From the NCBI GenBank assembly GCA_016932735.1, contig JAFGCI010000004.1, forward strand, positions 124,711-188,710: DNA of 64,000 bases, written 5' to 3'. Both the position numbers and the translations under genes were made by a program. Shown here piece after piece: positions 60,301 to 64,000 of the stretch. Origin of the DNA: Candidatus Aenigmatarchaeota archaeon. Lineage in GTDB: Archaea > Aenigmatarchaeota > Aenigmatarchaeia > QMZP01 > QMZT01. The notes under the pieces are model-generated. The model saw nothing but the letters and a program-made list of their open reading frames with translations. It was not told the DNA's origin and ran no database searches. Position 1 is the first letter of the stretch; each line of letters begins with the position of its first letter.

Positions 60301-63300
60301 GATAGAGAAATGGAATTATAGTATGCCTTCGGCTTTAATATGGATTCAGGTACCGAAAATCACCGCTTCCCAAAACACGACCATATATATGTATACCACA
60401 CCATCACTTGAGGTTTCAGCTGCGAGCAACAAGACTTCTGTATTTTCTTTCGATGCGGGGAGGGGAATCTATTATATAGTTAATTACAGGGATTCAGGTG
60501 TTCAGGTAAACCTGACAGCCTACGAAAACTCGACAAATATAACCATAGGAGCTTACACCACACTGATTAACGAATACGATACGGAAACCATAAACCCTTC
60601 ATACGTATCTCAGGGAGCGGAGATAAATGTAACGGGACCCCTGTCCGGAAGGGCTTTGGGAACATCCAACGATGCAATACACCCGATATCATGGGCTGGA
60701 AAAAACTTCACCATGGCCTGTACCAGAAGCACCGATGAATGGAGCTTCTACTCGCCTTTCGGAAATGCAAACGTAAAGATATATGAAGGTGTATCTGGAA
60801 CCGCGAAAACCTCTTTCACTGTTACAAAAGGAACTGCATATACATCATCAACCGATATTTCAGATGGCAACGGTGTTGTCATCGAATCGGATTATCCGAT
60901 CCTTGTGACACACGGAAGCTCGCAGGCTCAGGATGTTGCCCCCTTATATCCGGCAAGCAACGACCTTTGGGGCGTCTCTTCAGGAAACTCGTATTTCTCA
61001 GTTCTTGAAGACGGGACAAGCGTGACCGTGTATTTCAGCGACGGTACATACGACAGCTATTCTAATCTTATGAGGGGGACATACTCTACAATAGGGAATG
61101 GCGGAGGAGACGGAACAGGCGACGGTGTCCACATTGTCTCCAGTAAAAGAATATCCGCCATATCTCAGGGAGACGGCGACGGAGGAGAGATAACATCGTT
61201 CCTTCCTGAAGACGAGCTTGACACAGAATACGTGCTCCCGACAGGAGCTGAATATGTGGCTGTAGTGTGCGTAAGAGATAACACAAACGTGACAGTATAC
61301 AATTCCGATGGCTCGTTCAATTCGAGTATGATGTGCAACACGACTTCATACCCATATCCGAATAAACTGGTGTTTGGAAACATATCGGGAGATACACCGG
61401 CTCCTGTCTGTTATTCGCAGGGTGTCAGGTTCGTTGCAAACGACAGCATATATATATACTATGAATTCGCTGATGGCACGAACGACGGGGAAGAAACAAA
61501 CATACTTAATGAAAAGCAGGGCCGCCAATATTTCTATCCGGAACCCGTTCAAAGGATATCATATGAAGAAGAAAATATGGATTATGCACATCTTCAGGAC
61601 GTCGGCTCGACCAACATGAGTGGTTACCTTCTTGTAAAAATACAGCAAAACTCCGGCGGCGGATGGGTTGATTTTGCAACAATTATTAATGATATTTCTG
61701 ATTCGACAACAAGAACGATTAATACATCCATACCGCTGAACATAACAAAACTATGGAATGATATAGGCGGATGGAACACCGACAGATATCAGAACGGAAG
61801 CTACAGGATATATGCATCATTTCTGGATCCTTCGGGCAATGTCCTTTACAGCGACGACAGAGGCTATATGACATATATACACAATTTCACCATAACACCT
61901 CCGCCGGCTATAATATATATTACTAATATAACAGTCTACGACGTGACCGACAAAGAGAACCCACAGACCAATACATCAGAATTGACAGGCTATGGGACAA
62001 ACACAACATTCAACATGTATACAGGAAGCCAATACCGTGTTGAATTCCTTCTTGAAAGCAGCGCTTCAAGCACTGGCTCTTGGAATATAGCCGGTTCCAA
62101 TGCAACCCATTCCGGCCTCCATTCCAACTGGACAGTCAATGCCAGCAAGGGTTATGGGAACTGGTGGAACTCTTCATGGACTTATAGGTTCCCCGTAACA
62201 ATAAACGCGACGTCGCAAAACAGGACAGACCTTCCGATAGAATATGTGGTGAACTTCACCCAGAAGCTGGCCGATTTCGGTATTACAGAAAAAACATTCG
62301 ACAACAATTCCATAAGGGTTATAGAGTATAATACAACAACTGACGCAGTCCTCCATGAAATACATTCCCAGTTTGATAATTCAAGCACATACAATGCAAC
62401 TATAAATGCCATAGGAGAGCTTATCTGGATAATGAACGGAACCACTCTTAGCGGGGACGCAAGGAAATACTACATTTATTTTGATACGACAGATAACCCT
62501 AAGTCAGAACCGTCATATACAACGGAACTGTCTTATACATTCAATGCCGGAAATACCCTTATACATAGCGACCATCTCAATGTGACCATAGACAACTCAG
62601 GCGTCATAGATGACATAAGAAGCCTCGATGGAAACAGCTCGGACGTCGTCGAGGACTGGTACTGGAACTATTTCAGGGTCGAGAATCCATGGACTCTCCA
62701 GAGCAACGTCAACGGAAACTGGGCATACCGCTACTGCGGTCCTGTCAGGTGTAAGATAGTAGTCGATGGAATAACCCTGACAGGTGACTTCTCTGACCTG
62801 AACACAACATATCATGTCTATTCACAATCAAGGGAAGTCAGGAGCTTCAAGAACTGGACAATGGTCAACTCCCAGGGCCTTCAGATAGGCGACGACCTGA
62901 ATGTAGGAACGCTGTCCAACTTTACATGCACCGGTTCAAACCCGAGCTGGATAGAAGTTGATTATATGGATGCGTCGGGTTCTTCAGAGAGAACTGACAG
63001 GAACGGTGCGTATGCATATGACAGCGGCTGGTGGGCTTACACAATTACGAGCAGCAGCTACTGGGACGCGTATGCAGTTGTCAGGAAGTATGTGACAGAC
63101 GACCTTGGGAATAATTTCACAATGCATACCAATTGGTACGATTCTAGTGAACATTCAGCAGGATGGGAGCAGGGAACAAGTAACGGAGGAACAGACTTTA
63201 CCGCGGGAAGGAGTTATTCAGCAGCAAACTGGTATCATGTGACTACAAACACGAATAAGACGAGCTACCAGTACGCGGTCGATTATTATAATAATGTCCT

Positions 63301-64000
63301 GAACGAGGTCTCAATAACCAACGGAAGCGTGAGCCAGGTTCCGTCACCTTCAGATGTATGGTATTCGAACATAACATCAACTTATGTGGGCGGCAATTTT
63401 ACATCAGGCATTGTCAGCTGGAACACAAGTCTGGGAGGGACTGTCGGAATAGGAGGGCAATCTAAATTCTATTACATACTGAACATAACAAATAACACGC
63501 AGGGCGTATATCCGGTGACTCTTCTGGTTGATGACAGTAATTTCATAAAGAACGATTATTCCACATTCAATATTATATTCTCCGAGACAAATCCACCGGT
63601 GTTGTATAATAATATCTATGGAAGGACTTTGTCCAAGATAAACAGAGGCCAGTCAACCACATTTTATGCAAGGTGGAACGAGACAATAAAATCAGCATTC
63701 ATTGAATACAACTCCACCACACCTGCCCTCAATAATTATTCCATAACATTGCCAAGCCCGAATTTGCAGAATTGGACAAACTATACGATATCGACGACAA
63801 ATATATGGATTCTTGGACAGCATTCAGGGAAGATATATGCGACAGACCTCAACGATAACCAGAACAATACACTGAGTTACCTTACGTTTGAAGTGTGGGG
63901 AGTCGCAAAACTGTCTTCGTCGGCACTTTCACCCTCTGCCATAAACGTTACAGAGAATTCGACAATGAGCTGCAGGGTAATAGATACAACAGACAATAAT
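48392..64000 (+). CDS. Giant surface glycoprotein 2, >5200 aa, runs off the right edge: DUF2341, LamG, CARDB x3, Ig domains, three IgGFc-binding-like modules, three copies of another large module
   Basis: Absent from ORF track. ATG 48392 MKKSQVKFGSGQLSILFVFIAVLIF; spot translations in this frame are open through the last line (TMSCRVIDTTDNN), and the track lists no + strand ORF in this frame, as expected for one unterminated ORF. Confidence 0.9.
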   Translation, partial: MKKSQVKFGSGQLSILFVFIAVLIFTVSFTGIGQSASPIVVTCNKDNYDTNEVMAFQVQGDAGKEFGFYIYGPDGEKVFPLGDPVWTLNSYGMHNFYLEGFGENGLYKAVAVFGEESFEKVFTVVSAAESESNIEDKQELLPVEKNVEEETMNGEKTETEIQASKRPPGKYMHYKKILSYQPDAIKEIPEGAINVNVYTVGKPGKGTLADKTGPSETVIEYYAPSGPVRGSDSFGNPIQESAENERYKLASYGTVINLVEAKETPGKVRLTYEIMNEGGKDFSYIALTSSQKPIVNAFRFAERSRTVYHSNETIYEGDVRESHPYATRKDYIPYDENLQESNYTVICYAYEDSVPYTEREYIEIKSIAILTDFINEWNAESNIIFDPIKEELEAAGANYDINMLEPDILPTFDETVYIYRLEHNPSESTYIEYETPNEKTKFLLLDPAGGSWWNSSWLYTMNLTVDSSLVDAELTDFPVMVNLTSGRFNFSRAQSNGEDIRFVDNYYNDLPHEIEYWNATSQQAIIWTRLSNVSNTTDTTFWMYYGNDAVSDGQNMTGVWDSEFLLVQHLDETSGTYHYDSSQYGNDGTVSSVTMDSAGKIDGGDQILGGSGRYVRHDFNTSNVVTVSAWAQLPDNTDDDMIWVIDRVGVNDLDLWFTDGYTSPRLFLNTWDSDGNPICSQPSGVGNWHLYTMVIDNGNTNLYIDGQLAGSPGYRDPTGVGFYISWTTTYGWNGYVDEVRVSNTSRSLAWINASFYAQNDSLIIYGKEEASSDVWWNISWDFRILVIVNSTNFTRDDDPIEKFINFTQELESLGAAGKTFDNNSIRVFEYDTATNRYLHEVPSQFDNSSSYNATTNAYGEVIWIMNGTTQNNTIRKYYIYFDTTDSPKSEPSYYTDLSYTFNSGNAVIQNEHFEATLDDSGVISDIENYNGSGTDVIENDWYWNAFRTVDDWAIQSFTADWVRRYCGPVRCTISSENITVTDTSYANTTYYVYSKVPEIRSLKSWTMSANEGMQIVDDLNVGGGNTFNCTAGANPSVTGTTMMDSSGDNERTGIDRSAAGLYTSGWWSYRVIGASIDAFAVVRKYAHNSTGGDFQMHTNWYDGGEHSAGWESGYNGGADFQNGQTYTIANCYYLANSTDSDYQYAFGYYNKTMSPVNINLNKTEGLANPMISSSNIQANDTNPQAGDAVLINATIINDGYNNASNIKVRFFDGDENGIQIGSDNLIEFLGPGENGTVEVVWDTTLKGGSHTITVVIDPEDFILSNPSDNIANITINVESSLDLTVLNSEIFFDNDVPSAGEAVNITATIRNTGTSTTASPDVRVKFFDGDPGDNPSSPLSNQIGTDKLISSLPPGNSSNVSVLWDTTGEDGYYDIYVWIDPFDVFLEDNETNNKAYREIAVNPPELYLSSNDIIFNVTSPIEGEDLLINATIHNSGGNPVYNVLVSFYQAADGQNYTLIDTTTLSEIGNASSENASVYWDTTGNSGSYTILVSADSNDNIPEQNEDNNNATKPLFITPNVWVWWNSSWHYRIPVTINTGSYSRTDEPIEKFINFTYELYSLNVTDALDNNSIRVIEYNTTTGKAIHEMPSQFDNVSSYNSSINAYGEVIWILNGTTPSNTDRYFFIYFDIINNSKTAPSYITDLSGSFNAGNTLIHSDHLNVTIDNSGVIDDIRSLDGNSSDVVENWYWNYFRVENPWTNQDYATGNWAYRYCGPVRCKVIVDGITLNADFSNLNTAYHVYSQSREVRSFKNWTMVNSQGLQIGDDLNVGGLTNFTCTGSNPSWIETDYMDTVSDGERTDRSGSYAYESGWWAYTITSSSYWDAYAVVRKYVRDDLGNNITMHTNWWDDGEHAAGWEQGAEYGGTDFTAGRSYSAANWYYVTTNTNTTSYQYAVDYYDRTLNLSQINVSGAEEVPEFNATITSSVGDQIRGTLINLEASATNEGTVDALDVWLNWTLPSGWSVDTGTAEKPLGKLSAGDTEWNNISANNYGAALGEQILYFNASSADGIAGGDYITFNLSANTYLFDFQSDKEEPKVGETIVFQVKLAYDNGTQIPGQNVTFYDKTDGVLMGSNITGSPAYLEYLIPLSASVGTHEINASFTGNDSVFIESSYIIYEIDVKDAPHINSVSASPQTIGYGYTVTITANVTDQTGVDTVRINITYPAGSYYEYDMINTSQDIYEYNFTDSYTWGSFSYTIWSNNTDGENITSSVNYFYVKPNQTMSIQTDKTGYGPNEMVDLKPAGDWWRASWTYRIPINITENSGSSLTDYQIYYTFDSSALIESGKMNSSCKDIRFADTSGTELPYYLEESNCNTNETNVWIKVPQITASGNTTIYLYFNNMEAESESNVTAVFTYDELQELYYEINSRPSNDNLNISAYVNGTNVTISTQSALIDIQEVVTFSSISQGAIINSTGPISGKILDDQTDTFAPMAFAGSKFGFPRTRNGTAYLDVWFIRTPFGDANITIYNYSETGILQNSDSFFVAEGLTTTLTFNIDDEGTGLLESNVSILAGYRQGGNDAVILYPATTELYGVSAPGYVTVLEDDTDLYIYRSGSSTSVSTNLQRGQQYSLGSSGTQGTGNAFHLLSDKPIVAASFGDGDGGEAIVFWHPKELNTEYIIPTDTQYISISCPRTTEISLYYPNGTLNSTEICTSTDSGPEYPRKAYFGCGTTSCGAVYPAGMRALSNDTFYVFYEYTDQDETNVLGHIQARKTSYPEPNLSSGNEELIGSIFDNFGSVNSTGYFLMKVQKYSGGSWATASSGIILEDRNPPPTQRNFTAFTSLDLSTLWGGWNTSICDPGTYRAYVEVVDSANNILKDAWGNDLVSTYNFTLLSPNPEITNLTHENGYEYGIDEYEVGDTIEWINITITNYNATALKANMTLNVIDSSDEQASWGPSSSQYCGDILPENSCMKRWDNSSNGYQIPLDATPGTYTFTWNVSLEWENGDGFVSLNSYTFKVHNLSNYLESELSPSRINLGENSTYNLTIFNPWSKNATDINITINCPENINLTCRCDMSGQSGENCTISNIERTLLDTWLETSWPYRRPINITENTGEELSDYQIYYVFDTTPYIASGVMNSSCKDIMFSDYTGANLPYFLEPGTCNTTNTSIWIKVSNIAASENTTIYLYYGNMNTESASNEISTFSYDTLQALYYELSDEASGSNVYISAYQDGTSVSVEGTTETVDRQESVLFGSVSQGTSISSTGPVSGKMAITETGTIAPIAFAGKQFAFPYVRTGNNNDVWQVRTLFGDANITLYNYTAAGAFVNSTSFIIPDSTTTTITFNINDTGMGILESNVSIIVEYRAGGGSDSEVLYPATTELYGVSSSGYVGALEDGTTVYAYSSTGNSPATINLDRGESSALGSTGGQGAGSSFHLVSNKPIVGISQADGDGNEATVFWHPREFNSEYIIPSPSEYIAVACPRTTNITLYYSNGTYYSSQLCQSTNSSSEYARKALFTCSGSACYTAGMMVSSNDTFFAYHEYTDQDETNMLSFKQARKSVSSEPTLSTLGNEETNMYNESVSFLLITNSSTEFGDYDVNVTVTYKNLGNETKTYEYRNNQILEIRVEGVQLTDFNYPVNVTRNNTINLTTYVNNTRDSGDATNVWVNYTTLPANWSITAGYQNLMVGDLSPGEINWSNITVDININATQGPQQLAIESSSDEGYFDRIRPEITVFAGTDVNLYSNVTDIVIGNQVKLLAHLTLDTGADSVSKNISFYDNSTYLGSAITNSTGWSQLIYTIPVGSEVRNHTFNATYSINSTSYTWQSYDEKNISVHDKPLITNISALPNVQGFGQNVTITANVTDEETVDFVRSYITYPNTSSLLLTLSNATMDIYNNTFSNTWQAGIHSYYIWANDSLGYYNTSDTFNFRVSSNGSLIIRGDKSSYGPNENIAVNGTPLDWWNDSWIYRKAVIIQETGGSNLYEYQIKLNLTSGNFNFSKTNQTGDDIRFIWYNSTSSQYELVPYWIEKWNYSMPSALIWIQVPKITASQNTTIYMYTTPSLEVSAASNKTSVFSFDAGRGIYYIVNYRDSGVQVNLTAYENSTNITIGAYTTLINEYDTETINPSYVSQGAEINVTGPLSGRALGTSNDAIHPISWAGKNFTMACTRSTDEWSFYSPFGNANVKIYEGVSGTAKTSFTVTKGTAYTSSTDISDGNGVVIESDYPILVTHGSSQAQDVAPLYPASNDLWGVSSGNSYFSVLEDGTSVTVYFSDGTYDSYSNLMRGTYSTIGNGGGDGTGDGVHIVSSKRISAISQGDGDGGEITSFLPEDELDTEYVLPTGAEYVAVVCVRDNTNVTVYNSDGSFNSSMMCNTTSYPYPNKLVFGNISGDTPAPVCYSQGVRFVANDSIYIYYEFADGTNDGEETNILNEKQGRQYFYPEPVQRISYEEENMDYAHLQDVGSTNMSGYLLVKIQQNSGGGWVDFATIINDISDSTTRTINTSIPLNITKLWNDIGGWNTDRYQNGSYRIYASFLDPSGNVLYSDDRGYMTYIHNFTITPPPAIIYITNITVYDVTDKENPQTNTSELTGYGTNTTFNMYTGSQYRVEFLLESSASSTGSWNIAGSNATHSGLHSNWTVNASKGYGNWWNSSWTYRFPVTINATSQNRTDLPIEYVVNFTQKLADFGITEKTFDNNSIRVIEYNTTTDAVLHEIHSQFDNSSTYNATINAIGELIWIMNGTTLSGDARKYYIYFDTTDNPKSEPSYTTELSYTFNAGNTLIHSDHLNVTIDNSGVIDDIRSLDGNSSDVVEDWYWNYFRVENPWTLQSNVNGNWAYRYCGPVRCKIVVDGITLTGDFSDLNTTYHVYSQSREVRSFKNWTMVNSQGLQIGDDLNVGTLSNFTCTGSNPSWIEVDYMDASGSSERTDRNGAYAYDSGWWAYTITSSSYWDAYAVVRKYVTDDLGNNFTMHTNWYDSSEHSAGWEQGTSNGGTDFTAGRSYSAANWYHVTTNTNKTSYQYAVDYYNNVLNEVSITNGSVSQVPSPSDVWYSNITSTYVGGNFTSGIVSWNTSLGGTVGIGGQSKFYYILNITNNTQGVYPVTLLVDDSNFIKNDYSTFNIIFSETNPPVLYNNIYGRTLSKINRGQSTTFYARWNETIKSAFIEYNSTTPALNNYSITLPSPNLQNWTNYTISTTNIWILGQHSGKIYATDLNDNQNNTLSYLTFEVWGVAKLSSSALSPSAINVTENSTMSCRVIDTTDNN
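53331..54082 (+). repeat. ~750 bp intragenic repeat, copy at ~62538-63289
   Basis: Long identical stretches, e.g. CATTCAATGCCGGAAATACCCTTATACATAGCGACCATCTCAATGTGACC and CGAGCTACCAGTACGCGGTCGATTATTAT. Confidence 0.9.
62538..63289 (+). repeat. ~750 bp intragenic repeat, copy of ~53331-54082
   Basis: High DNA identity with many synonymous differences. Confidence 0.9.

Noticed and set aside
48310-62815. Many short ORFs listed in the right-hand 15 kb
   Set aside because: Antisense or off-frame shadows of the single giant ORF starting at 48392
38716-63289. Near-identical repeats as DGR template/variable repeats
   Set aside because: Mismatches are not adenine-specific, all copies are in-frame coding, and no reverse transcriptase is in the window
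1-64000. CRISPR array, transposase, integrase or prophage
   Set aside because: No regularly spaced short repeats and no recognisable mobile-element proteins seen

Overview
Archaeal chromosomal window, most consistent with a DPANN lineage (Aenigmatarchaeota-like; this is inference from gene content). The left 35.5 kb is dense housekeeping: RPA (partial), Trm11/TrmG10, archease, type IV pilus/archaellum ATPase, eS26, RtcB, an IscS lacking its PLP lysine, an IscU-DUF59 fusion, PPDK, a tRNA-Arg(CCU) with two non-canonical introns, MinD, RbkR plus an EamA transporter, PheST, PyrG, XPF, UDG, a pilin-like cluster and MtaB. Next comes a five-gene UDP-GlcNAc-type operon (glmS, GNAT, HAD-YvcK fusion, nucleotidyltransferase, phosphohexomutase) divergent from an HTH regulator. 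The right 27 kb encodes two giant, sequon-dense surface proteins: one of 3643 aa and one of >5200 aa that the ORF track missed because it runs off the window. They share an N-terminal domain and a sequon-poor N-terminal region ending in LLD-P, and are separated by a highly structured leader and a small membrane-anchored gene. The best candidate for an undescribed system is this surface-glycoprotein locus (amino-sugar supply, regulator, RNA leader, possible pro-domain giants). Domain calls are by-eye motif recognition; no searches were run.
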